64,000 nt of DNA from Octopus sinensis (Eukaryota), in NCBI RefSeq assembly GCF_006345805.1, contig NC_043001.1, forward strand, positions 91,822,001-91,886,000, written 5' to 3'. How positions within the stretch are numbered: position 1 is the stretch's first letter; every line of letters begins with the position of its first letter. A program made the translations under genes and the position numbers. The notes under the pieces are model-generated. The model saw nothing but the letters and a program-made list of their open reading frames with translations, was not told the DNA's origin and ran no database searches. Shown here in pieces: positions 1 through 10,920 of this stretch.

Positions 1-19
1 AGAAACGATTTTGTTGTTA

Positions 20-175
20 TGGCTGTTTGGAACGCTATAAGCCTTACAATAATTACTATCCGGACTGATTTTGGCCATTTTTTAAACTTAAAACCATGGG
101 AGGAGCCTATTTGATAAAAAAAAAAAAATGGAAATATTTTCAGAGGAAAAGGTGAACAATTCAAGGGAGGTTTGG
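20..175. repeat. Unclassified interspersed repeat fragment, related to 51995-52160
   Basis: Shares TCCGGACTGATTTTGGCCA...ACCATGG...AAATATTTTCAGA...AAAGGTG with 51995-52130. Confidence 0.55.
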
Positions 176-570
176 CTGTTGTTTCTAGCACAACCCAAAC
201 CACCCTCTGCTTTCACTCTCATATGTATTGGTGTTTCTTCAATATATTTTGTCCGTTAAACTCATTTTATAGAATGATGATGCCGAAGTAACACACTGGT
301 AGAATATAAGCAGCAATATAAAAATTTATCTAAATTTTTACCTCCACCTCAATCAAGCGAAACCGTGTGTGTGTGAAGAACCTAGACATTGCTATCTAGG
401 TCTCTTTACGAGTTACATTTCACCAGGAAATTCCGAAAGCATTTTTCAGGGATCTATCTTTGACGATGTTTAGGCACGTTTAAAAATGATTTCTTTTATC
501 TAGCTACTGAAGTCGAAGCGCAACAAGCTCACTATTTAAATATAAATTTTTAAAAAAATTAAAACAAAAT

Positions 571-970
571 TAGGCATACCCTTGTGGTTATGAAGCTCCC
601 TTTGCATCCACGTGGTTCAGGCTTCAACCCATGATGTGGTATCTATTTCTTTACTACCCACAAGGGGCTAAACACAGACGGGACAAACAAGGACAGACAA
701 ACGGATTAAGTCGATTATATCGACCTCAGTGCATAACTGGTACTTATTTAATCGACCCCGAAAGGATGAAAGGTAAAGTTGACCTCGGCGGAATTTGAAC
801 TCAGAACGTAACGTCAGACGAAATACGGCTACGCATTTCACCCGGCGTGCTAACGTTTCTGCCAGCTTGCCGCCTTCTCATGACGTGGTACCGTGCTCAA
901 ATATCTTCTAAAATATCTTCTATAGTCTCGGGCCGACCAATTCCTTGTGAGCGAATTAGATAGACGAAAA
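571..970 (+). mobile_element. Degenerate family-A SINE 5' part, interrupted by a family-B SINE
   Basis: tRNA-like head remnant, then TCTTCTATAGTCTCGGGCCGACCAA..CCTTGTGAG resumes after position 890. Confidence 0.65.
642..878 (-). mobile_element. Full-length family-B tRNA-derived SINE with 12-bp TSD
   Basis: Minus strand reads GGCGGCAAGCTGGCAGAAACGTTAGC head, B-box GAGTTCAAATTCC, central GGTCAACTTTACCTTTCATCCTTTCGGGGTCG (Meta-like from memory), tail GTGGGTAGTAAAGAAATAG. TSD CATGA(T/C)GTGGTA at 630-641 and 879-890. Confidence 0.9.
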
Positions 971-1110
971 CTATATATATATATATATGGATTAGCTTGG
1001 AAAACGCGTGTTTGAAAAGTGTGAGCAACAAAAGCGCTTACACACAATGTACTCAACACGAAAACCTCTTGCCGAAAGATTCGTGACAAAATATAATTTC
1101 AAGTATTTTT

Positions 1111-1353
1111 ACCTTTTACTTATTTCAGTCATTTGACTGCCGCCACGTTGGGGCAACGCCTTGCATGGTTTTTCATTTGAACAAATCGAGGTCAAAGACA
1201 TTTTTTCGGGCGGGGTGGAGGGCGGAGGACAAGTACTTATTCCAGCGGTCACTTTTGCCGAATTGCTAAGTTACGGGAATGTAGACATAGCAACACCAGT
1301 TAATCGGTGGTGGGGATCAAACACAGACACAAAGACATAGATGCATTGTGTGG

Positions 1354-1396
<43 letters not shown>

Positions 1397-1785
1397 TTAG
1401 AGGACTGACCACTAAAAGTTGACAGCCTATATGCTAAACATAGACGTCAAATCGCTATTACCACGAAGAATGCGTTCTCAAGAAAAATCTCAGCAAAAAA
1501 TCAAAATGTAAAAATAAGCAAGACAAATGAAAATATACGAAATAAAAAATGATTACCTATGTACAATAGCGATAATAGACACACACATGTATGAGTGGAC
1601 AAACGAAAGAAAGGATGTATATATTATATATGACGGGCTTCTTTCAGTTTCTTTCTACCAAATCCACTCACAAGGCATTGGTCAGCCCGAGGCTATAGCA
1701 GAAGACACTTGCACAAGGTGTCACGCAGTGGCACTGAACCCGGAACCATGTGGTTGGTAAGCAAGCTACTTACCACACAATAACT
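1111..1785 (-). mobile_element. Family-A SINE with unrelated sequence inside its internal microsatellite
   Basis: Tail TTTTACTTATTTCAGTCATTTGACTGC at 1111. Head TGTGGTAAGTAGCTTGCTTACCAACCACATGGTTCCGGG at about 1785. About 230 bp of unrelated sequence at 1390-1620. Confidence 0.85.
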
Positions 1786-1837
1786 TTTCAGAAAATCTAT
1801 GACGGTATCAAGCAGTTTTTGCAAAATCTTTTAAAGT

Positions 1838-1888
<51 letters not shown>

Positions 1889-2595
1889 ACATAGCTGTTC
1901 GACTAAAGGGATCTGTAGCATAAGAACCAGACTGAAAAAACCACAAGACTTAAAAACTACCAAACTTTAAAAGAAATAAGTACTGGGCATCAATTTCTTC
2001 GACTTAAAATCTTCAGGGCTGTGCTCCAGGATGGCCGTAGTTCAGTGATTGAAACAAGAAAACAGGTAAAAGATAAAAGAACGTGGGCAGAATCCATGCA
2101 TGAATACGTCAGATCTCTTCAGAGAGTCGGCTCAAATTGTAGTGTCAAAAATTGTTTGTCACGTCCAGGTACGAATACCAGAATATCGGAATTGGATTAA
2201 CTTTTATTCATAGTACCTCTAATTTGGGCACTAGGTCACCAGTTTTCAGAGAAAGGATTAGTCGATCCCAGTACCTCCCTTTCATTTTATTGACTTCAGG
2301 AGAATAGATCCGGTGGTATCAATTCAGAATGAAAAGAGCCGGAACAAATGTCGTCAGGCAAATTTTCCAGCGTGTGTAGATATATGCATGTATGTTTATG
2401 CATATATGTATGCATGTATGTGTGTGTGTATGTGTTTATGCTTATATGTGTTTTTGTATGCATGTACGTACATGTATTTGTATGTGTACGTATGCATGCG
2501 TGTAGGGGCGTGTGTATATATATATGTTAGTGTCCAAGCATGTCTATCAGTGTATACACACACACACACACACACACAACACACATACATATATA

Positions 2596-2638
<43 letters not shown>

Positions 2639-3210
2639 ATGTGTGTGTGTGTGTGTGTGTGTGTACATACATATATATATATATATATATAATACTAAGA
2701 ATTCGTGGGAAACCCATTAAACGTCATTTACTGAAGTAATTGAATGGAACGTGACGTGAGAAAAATTCATCTTCGATAGAAATGTTCGTCTTTTGCAAGT
2801 CACTATTTTCCCATGTCTACTGACAATTCTATAATTCTCCGCAGTTAGACATTCCAGGGTAGAACATTGTGTTACCTCATAGATAATGATGAAAATCATG
2901 TCGCAGATATACATACATGCATACATACAAACAAAAATACCCTGTTGTTGATGTTGAAATTCCAACGAAGGAGCTTTGAATGTAGATTAGAAACCGGCTC
3001 TTTCTCTATTGGCAAGAAATCTTGAAATAAAACTGAACAATGACATACATACATGTATGTATTTATTATACTCTTACAAGACTGTTGTTGGCCGTGATTT
3101 CAAAGTTTCTGTCAGTCATGCCATCGTTAGACATTTGTCCTCAACAAAAGTATACAGTAACCTAACAGATTGAAGCTAAATTGTTTTCATATTAATTAAA
3201 CATAAAAACA

Positions 3211-3260
<50 letters not shown>

Positions 3261-3615
3261 CAGGAAATTTGACACCAATCACGATTTCTTGACCGAACAC
3301 CCTATCCAGTAACCATTTCACTCGAAAACAACCTGTTTGATATACTGCGAAAGTGTTTTTGCAACTGCAATTGTAGAATATTTACATCCTGTTTGGTGTC
3401 AGCAGAATTTTTAATAACATTCATTTGAAAGTACAACTGTTGCTAAGCTCTGATTTTAGTCGTATAGATCAAAACCAAATTTTGACCGATTTTCATTTTA
3501 ACCTGCACCAAACCAGGATATAAACGAAGGCTGCGATCAAAGTCTGTTTAGTGTCTGATGATAAAAATTAAGCCTACATATTTGTACGTGTGCTTTCACT
3601 GACTGACTGGCGGAC

Positions 3616-3860
3616 TGTTGTGTTCTTGAGCAAGACACTTTATTTCATGTTGCTCCAGTTCTCTCAGCTGTAGAATTGAGATGCCAAGCTGTATCGGCCT
3701 TTGTTTTTTCTTTGGATAACATCAGTGGCATTGAAAGGGGAGGCTGGTATGCATGGGCGGCTGCTGTCTTCCATAAAGAAACCTGCCCGGACCTGTGCCT
3801 CGGAGGGAACTTTCTATCTGTAATACCATGGTCATTTATGACCAAAGGAAGTCTTTATTC
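3616..3860 (+). mobile_element. 5'-truncated family-E SINE (CORE-like body)
   Basis: TTGTGTTCTTGAGCAAGACACTTTATTTCATGTTGCTCCAG, colinear with the full copy at 37265-37610. Confidence 0.85.
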
Positions 3861-4704
3861 TTTGCCCAATATGATGGGATATTTCAGTCAAATGCATTTC
3901 CTAATCCTTTTACAAGAAAAGGGCATCAGTCATTTAGAAGTCAATTGTTTAAACATGATTGGTTAGAAAGCAGGGATTTTTACTAAATATAAAAAACACC
4001 TAAATATTATTTTTTTGAATGCCTAAATATAAAAAGCACCTAAATATAAAAAAAACCCACCTAAACGATTAATCACCAGTTCGGTAACAGATCGTTCCAT
4101 CCTAATAATTTAGCATTTATCTTAAAATATTTTAACCAAAAGTACAGTTTTGAATTGTTAATTAGGAGATTACATGATTAAAGAAGTCAGTCAAAACATT
4201 TATGTTTTTAATTAAAGAAAAAATTACGCACGTAAGAAAAGTACAATGATTATTAATGTTAATTATAATTCTTATCAAGAAAGGCGAGACAGACAACTCT
4301 GAAGGCCAAATATATTAAAAACTGAATGGAATATGCAGTGAAGGAATATGCCTGATCTTTGCAAACTATAATGTCTACTATGATCATATTGCGGCCTTAC
4401 TAGATTGCTTCGGTGAAGTATTAAAAATCAACACGCAGTCTTAGCGGTGAGATGCTATTGATAGAATGGTTGTGAGTAATCCAGAAGGCCGATGTTCTGG
4501 AGTCGAAGTAATCGTCCAAATAGTTATAAAGTCTATGTTTGTTCTGCAGACATTAGAGAAGAAAGGAAAGATTTCGGCCAGCGGATTTAGTATGTTTTGG
4601 CATCGACGGACTTATTGAAAAGATTGATGCACCTTGAGGTCAAGGTAACTCCGGAATCATCAGGTTGTTTGTGACCTTGTGAACACTTAAAATCACGCAC
4701 GTGT

Positions 4705-5680
4705 ATTCTTTTAGTTCTAATATCGACTTGACCACCAGCATAAAGAAGACGGAAGCGATCTACCAACCAGCCTACTCCTGAACAAATTCGAGGCGTCAAG
4801 CAGAGGCCACCGGTTCACAATTTTCCTGACACTCCTATACAGGTTGACGGGAAAAACCTAAAGCATGGGAATAAATTTACGTAACTTTGTGGTAAAGTGA
4901 AGTCGAGTGCTTTCCTTGATGATGAAATCGTCAATGAACTTGCGAAAGCAACCAACGCATTTGGCAAACTCCGACATCGAATGAAAGGGGCATTAATTAA
5001 ATTTGAGAAATTACAGGTCTCTAAAGCTGCCATTCTACTCCTCTCTTGTATTGCTTAGAATCGTGGGCACCCTATAGGCGGCACATTAACCAACTAGATG
5101 TCTTTCACAAAGGCTGTCTCCGGATAGTCTGCGGTTACTCACTGAAAGACAGAATGTCTAATGTCAACCTGCTTAACAAGTGTAAGATTGGCGGAATCGA
5201 GAGCTTCCTTATTCAGTCGTAATTGTACTGGGCCGGCCATGTCGTCAGAGTGAGTGATGAAAGAAAGCCCAAAGTCCTCATGTACAGTCAGCTTGATAGA
5301 GGACACAGGAATTTTTGTCGATCATGTCTCAGATATAAGGACAAGCTGAAGACAAACCTCTCAGCAGTCAATTTAGCTTAAAAGAACTTTGAGCAAACAG
5401 CCTTGGAGCGAACAAAATGGAGATCGTCGTGTCAAAATGGTATAAGAGACGTTGTTTCTATAAGTATTAGTACGCTAAGGGTTGCAACGCAAAGGAGAAA
5501 AGCGGTTGAAAATATACCGTCTGCAATGACCCGTTATCCTCATACTCGCAGCATATGCTGGTTTCTTTGCAAATCATTGACAGGACTCAAAAGTCACATT
5601 CGACATAAGCATTATGACTGAAAAAGAAAATTTAAATTGTCGGAACCTCTTACATCGAAACCGATGGAGAGTCCATCATA
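4705..5680 (+). mobile_element. Decayed RTE/BovB-type LINE 3' portion (RT C-terminus, stops and frameshifts)
   Basis: Manual translation: SIKKTEAIYQP...LDDEIVNELAKATNAFGKL...ESWAPYRRHINQLDVFH..CLR...YWAGHVVRVSDERKPKVLMYSQL..G.R...LRYKDKLK...ALERTKWRS...CKSLTGLKSH. These are motifs typical of RTE-BovB ORF ends. Confidence 0.9.
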
Positions 5681-5906
5681 TGTGTGTGTGTGTGTTGTAA
5701 TTCATCTTACTCATTGCAAGACCAGTAGTCACTTAGAACTCATTATACTTATAATTCACAGTATTTCTAAGTTTTGTGGCGAGATAACGTGAATTCACTG
5801 ATGTCCTCACCACTGGACTGCAATTTATAGCAAAAGGTACGGACACAGTAAATTATTAATGAATAAATATAACACAAAAGAACATGAGTTACGTAATCAC
5901 GGCCAT

Positions 5907-5974
5907 TGGCTTACAACTCTTTCCGCTATAAATAAGGGCGGACAGGTTCTTATAGCGGAAACAGTTGCAAGCCA
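5907..5974. other. Isolated 68-nt inverted repeat (25-bp arms, 2 mismatches)
   Basis: TGGCTTACAACTCTTTCCGCTATAA at 5907-5931 and TTATAGCGGAAACAGTTGCAAGCCA at 5950-5974. Confidence 0.85.
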
Positions 5975-6016
5975 GCGCATGCAATCACGAAACTCCTGTA
6001 TTTTTCTCAATTAGTT

Positions 6017-6152
6017 AGGTGCAGACATGGCTGTGTGGTAATAAGTTTGTTTCTCAACCACAAGATACGAGGTTCAATCCCCTAGAGTGGCACTTTGAGA
6101 AAGTGATTTTTACTATGTCCTCGGGCTAATCAAAGCTTCGTGAGTTGATGTG
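6017..6152 (+). mobile_element. Family-A SINE head fragment
   Basis: GGCTGTGTGGTAA...GGTTCAATCCC...GGCACTTTGAGAAAGTG resembles the family-A head. Confidence 0.7.
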
Positions 6153-6153
6153 A

Positions 6154-6201
<48 letters not shown>

Positions 6202-6203
<2 letters not shown>

Positions 6204-6510
6204 AGGCGCAATGGCTCAGTGGTTAGGGCAGTGGACTGGCGGTTGTAGGATCGTGGTTTCGATTCCCAGACCGTGCGTTGTAAGTGTTTATTGAGCGAAA
6301 ATACCTAAAACTCCACGAGGTTCCGGCAGGGGGTTGTGGCGATCCCTGCTGTACTCTTTCGCCACAACTTTCTCACACTCTTTCTTCTGTTGGCCTGCTC
6401 GCTTAGCCAGCGGGGTGGCGTCATTTGAAGGCTAAAGCAATGCGAGGCGCATTGTGACCAGCGATGTGTAGCATCATCTGATAGCCTGGTCGGTCACGTG
6501 ATCCCGTGAT
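6202..6510 (+). mobile_element. Full-length family-C tRNA-derived SINE (OR1-like from memory) with RTE-like tail
   Basis: A-box TGGCTCAGTGG, B-box GTTTCGATTCC, tail TTGTGACCAGCG...GCCTGGTCGGTCACGTGAT. Flanked by TG/TA tracts. Confidence 0.9.
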
Positions 6511-6589
6511 TATATATATATATAAATATATATGTGTGTGGGGGTGTATTCAAGGTCACTCTCCCCTTGCTGCTCCATTGACCCCAAAA

Positions 6590-6880
6590 CCTAGGAAACA
6601 ATCGCCAAGGACCGCTGAAAGTGGCGGCATATCATCGTGAAGGTAAAGGTTCAGATGAAAAAGATTAGACGTCAATAGGCAGAAATCAGATGTCAAAGAT
6701 GCAAAGAGCGACTCGCACTTCCTCATTCCCCACGAACCCTCTTCTGCAATTAATATCCCTAACTCTTCTATACACACGTTGGACTGAACAGCAACCTCTG
6801 GCACCGGCACCCTTCGCACTCATCAAGACAAAGAGGCTCAACCACTCACTACAGATTATCTCCTCGGATACAAGTTAGTG
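6590..6880 (+). mobile_element. Probable RTE-type LINE 3'-end relic
   Basis: Translation RCQRCKER...TLFCN*YP*LFYTHVGLNSNL resembles the terminal C-x2-C...GL.SH motif of RTE/BovB ORFs. Confidence 0.5.
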
Positions 6881-6993
6881 ACAACGATATATGTATATGT
6901 GTATATATGTGTGGGTCTGTGTGTGTGTAAATATACACACATACCTACATACATACACATATACGTTATCTCTCTCACTATCTATCTATATCT

Positions 6994-7030
<37 letters not shown>

Positions 7031-7038
7031 ATATATAT

Positions 7039-7087
<49 letters not shown>

Positions 7088-7239
7088 GGTATCTACGAGA
7101 TACCACCATGCTGAAAATAGCAGCCATGATCTGACTCTAAAACCACCTTAATTGTCCATATATCAACACGAGTGAAGCAAAGAGACAATTTAATTTAAAT
7201 ATATATATATAATAGATATAGATATGAATAGAGATAGAA

Positions 7240-7270
<31 letters not shown>

Positions 7271-8094
7271 GAGGGGAAGTGACAGGGCAGACCGACAGAA
7301 TTCATGATTCTATTAATCTGTATAGTTCACATAACGGACAAATTTTGGGCAAATGGTCAAATTCATATACTTTGTCATTTAGCTGCTATCTTCTGATTTG
7401 TGAGTTCAATTCTATTGCGTACCATTTCTTTTTGTTTGTATCTCTTGGTACAATACTTTATCCTGTACATCTCAGTTCACCTTGAAGTCAGGAAAATGCT
7501 TTTAGAAGTGCTAGGGATGTTACTTATATTTGACTGGCGTCCTATCTAGGAGCCGATGATTGAAGATTTGTTCGCTATATATATCTGTATGTTACAGAGA
7601 TCACACCGTTATTGAATTGTGTCACCGGGATCAATTAATTTTAAAGGAATTACTTTTGCATGACCTTGACGAGGTAGGGCAGTGCGCATGGCTCCTTATT
7701 TTTCTTATGGTCTTTGTAACTGGTGGGATATGGGAGGATTTTTTTCTCCAGACAGGACCTTATTCAAATGCTTGCAACAGAGTGTACTTAAAGCTAAGTA
7801 ATGCGTTCAAATAAAGCTAAAGTAATGCCAAGGTCAACCTCACCTTTCATCCCTCCGGGGTCGTTGTACTTGAGATGAAGGGTTTGACTAAACCTTTTCC
7901 TCCAAATTTTCACACCTTGTTTCTATATTTGAAACAATTATTAGATCGGTGGAATGCGGTATTTCATCGGGGTCTTAGGGGGCACTTTTGCTTTTCAACC
8001 ATTCGGAGTCCATTAGATAAAGTACTGATCTTGTAGTGGGGCGATGGCATAGACTAAACCCTCTCTCTTCAAAGTTGTTAGCCCTATGCCTAAA

Positions 8095-8975
8095 TTAGAA
8101 GCCCTTATAACTGATAACAAATTTTGGCGCAAGGCCAGAAATTTCGAGGAAGGGGATAAGTTCACTTTGATGTCAGGAAAATGGTTCCAGAAACTCTAGG
8201 TACTCAACTGGTACTTATTTTATCGACCATGGGAGGCAAAGCCGATTTCTCCGGAATTTGAACTCAGACCATAAAGACTGTCGAAATGCCACTGGGTATT
8301 TTGCCCGGTATGCTAACGATTCTGTCAGTTCGCCGCCTGTGAAGCTCTTCTGATTATTGTTGTCGTTATAAAAAAGCGGTAAGCTAACAGAATCATCGGA
8401 ACGTCGAAAAAAACACCATAAGGAAAAATGAAATAACATTTGATTATTTCTTTGGACTGCTTACGTTCTGAGTTCAAATTCCGCCGAGGACGGCTTTAAC
8501 TTTCATCCTTTTGGGTTCAATAAAATAAAATTCCAGTCTGAAACCGGACTGCTGTAGTCGTCTAAATCTCTCGCCGCAAAAAAAAAAAAAAAAAAAAAAA
8601 TTACCTCCTTCACTTTCTGAGTTCAAATTCTGCCGAGATTGACTTTCCCGTTCATCCTTTCGCCATCAATAAAGTACCAGTAAAATACTGTGGTCGATAT
8701 AATCGACTTAGTCCCTTCCCCGAAACTGCTGGCCTTGTGTCAAAATTTGAAACCAAAATTATTATTATTAGGGCGGCAAGCTGGCAGAATCACTGTGCCG
8801 GACAAAATGCTTTGTAGCATTTCGACTGTCTTTACGTTCTGAGTGCAATTACCGCTGGGGTCGACTCTACCCTTCATCCTTTCGGGGTCGATAACATAAA
8901 TATCTGTTGAGTACTGGGGTCAATGTAAATGACTAGTTCTCTGCTCTCAAAATTTCGAGCTTAGTGCCTGTAGAA
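8095..8975. mobile_element. Cluster of four older family-B SINE copies (one minus, three plus)
   Basis: Repeated GAGTTCAAATTCCGCCGAG..GACTTT..CTTTCATCCTTT..GGG motif near 8250 (-), 8470, 8620 and 8840, with the variant tail GCTGGCCTTGTGTCAAAATTTGAAAC. Confidence 0.8.
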
Positions 8976-8981
8976 AAAAGG

Positions 8982-8984
<3 letters not shown>

Positions 8985-9036
<52 letters not shown>
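8985..9036. repeat. (ATT)n microsatellite
   Basis: Direct inspection; source of the poly-Ile ORF 8964..9410. Confidence 0.95.
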
Positions 9037-9038
<2 letters not shown>

Positions 9039-9339
9039 TATTTTTTATTTTTTTATTTTTTTATTTATTTATCCCTGGTTATTTTCGTCATCCCGCGCCC
9101 ATTCTTGCTAAAGTTGTCAAAGATCACGAGTTATCAAAACAAGGTACACAACTTCCTATTTGGGTGGATTCATCTGCTCAGTCTCCTGTACAAGTTACGT
9201 AAGAAACAAACACCTACTCGCTTTATTGGTTTATTGCTTAGGAGTATGAAGAGGGATGAGAAAGAGAGAGAGAGAGAAAAATATGTAGAGAGAGAAAGAG
9301 AGAGAGGAAGGAGGAGGATAGAGAGATTTGTGTTAAATA

Positions 9340-9590
9340 TTGAGTTGGTGCATAATTATTGTGGCTTTTTTTTTCAACAGATTTTATTCAACAAAAACAA
9401 TAACATGTAACAAAAACATCTTTAAATGATTATTCCGGAGCATATTCACCATCTACTTCAATTACTGCTTCCCATTTGCTTGGCAGACGGTCAGACCGTC
9501 ATTTAAAGATGTTTTTGTTAAATATTGTTATTGTTTTTGTTGAATGGAATTTGTTTGGAAAAAAGCCGCAATAATTATGCACCAACCCAC
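9340..9590. mobile_element. Non-autonomous mariner derivative with extended TIRs and TA TSD
   Basis: TA|TTGAGTTGGTGCATAATTATTGTGGCTTTT ... AAAAGCCGCAATAATTATGCACCAACCCAC|TA. The minus-strand core encodes DRLPSKWEAVIEVDGEYAPE*, like a mariner transposase C-terminus. Confidence 0.9.
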
Positions 9591-9604
9591 TATAAAAAGA
9601 GATC

Positions 9605-10016
9605 TTTATCTTTTATCTTTTACTTGTTTCAGTCATTTGACTGCGGCCATGCTGGAGCAGCGCCTTTAGTCGAGCAAATCGATCCCGGGACTTATTCTTT
9701 GTAAGCCCAGTACTTATTGTATCGGTCTCTTTTGCCGAACCGCTAAGTGACGGGGACGTAAACACACCAGCATCGGTTGTCAAGCAATGCTAGGGGGACA
9801 AACACAGACACACAAACACACACATACATATATATATATACATACATATATACGACAGGCTTCTTTCAGTTTCCGTCTACCAAATCCACTCACAAGGCAT
9901 TGGTCGGCCCGGGGCTATAGCAGAAGACACTTGCCCAAGATGCCACGCAGTGGGACTGAACCTGGAACCATGTGGTTGGTTAGCAAGCTACTTACCACAC
10001 AGCCACTCCTGCGCCT
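9605..10016 (-). mobile_element. Full-length family-A SINE (tRNA head, CORE-like motif, internal microsatellite)
   Basis: Minus strand: AGGCGCAGGAGTGGCTGTGTGGTAAG...GGTTCAGTCCC..GCATCTTGGGCAAGTG...GCTCCAGCATGGCCGCAGTCAAATGACTGAAACAAGTAAAAGA. Confidence 0.95.
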
Positions 10017-10082
10017 ATATATATATATTTATGTCACATGTCGGAATGAATAGCTTCGTTTTTAGTTCAAATCTTACCATAC

Positions 10083-10259
10083 GCGCTGACGTGGTTATGC
10101 GGTAAGGAACTTGATTCCCAGCCTCGTGGTTCCGGGTTCAGTCCCACTGCATAGCACCTTGGGCAGGTATCTGCTACTATAGCCTCGGGTCAACCAAACG
10201 CCTTGAGGATGAATCTGATGGACAGAAACTGAAAGAAGCCAGCCGTATATATATGTGTG

Positions 10260-10297
<38 letters not shown>

Positions 10298-10445
10298 ACA
10301 TCCCCGTGACATAGTGGTTCAGTAAAAGAGGCCGATAGAATAAGTACCAGGTTTACTGGGATCGATTCGTTCGACTAAAATTCTTCAGTGCAGTGCCCTA
10401 GCATGGCCGTAATCCAATAACTGAAAGAAGTAAAAGAGAAAAGAT
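10083..10445 (+). mobile_element. Older full-length family-A SINE, inverted relative to 9605-10016
   Basis: Same module order in plus orientation, more diverged. Confidence 0.85.
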
Positions 10446-10554
10446 AATCCAGTAAGGGAGCCAATATGTGGTCACTTGATCTGCTTGACATAACAGCCAA
10501 ATCGCTTTCAAATCACACGCGAAAGGAAAAGTATGACTCATTAAATAATCTTTT

Positions 10555-10915
10555 CTGCTCTAGGCACAAGGCCCGAAATTTTGGGGGAGGGGGCCAGTCG
10601 ATTAGATCGAACAAGCACGCAACTGGTACTTAATTCATCGACCCCGAAAGGATGAAAGGCAAAGTCGACCTCGGCGGAATTAGAACTCAGAACGTCATGA
10701 CAGACGAAATACCTATTTCTTTACTACCCACAAGGGGCTAAACACAGAGGGGACAAACAAGGAGAGACAAACGGATTAAGTCGATAATATAGATCCCAGT
10801 GCGCAACTGGTACTTATTTAATCGACCCCGAAAGGATGAAAGGCAAAGTCGACCTCGGCGGAATTTGTACTCAGAACGTAACGTCAGACGAAATGCCGCT
10901 AAGCATTTCGTCCGC
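10555..10915 (-). mobile_element. Family-B SINE dimer
   Basis: Two units joined at GACGAAATAC|CTATTTCTTTACTACCC (10712/10713). Confidence 0.85.
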
Positions 10916-10920
10916 CCTTA

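Noticed and set aside
4400-4700. Possible inverted upstream piece of the RTE/BovB element (GVTLTSR..NLFN..AKT on the minus strand)
   Set aside because: The expected (F/Y)ADD motif does not follow at the right distance; similarity is too weak.
6202-6275. tRNA genes at SINE heads (also 36946, 37265, 37661)
   Set aside because: They have A and B boxes but no complete cloverleaf or acceptor stem, and continue into SINE bodies.
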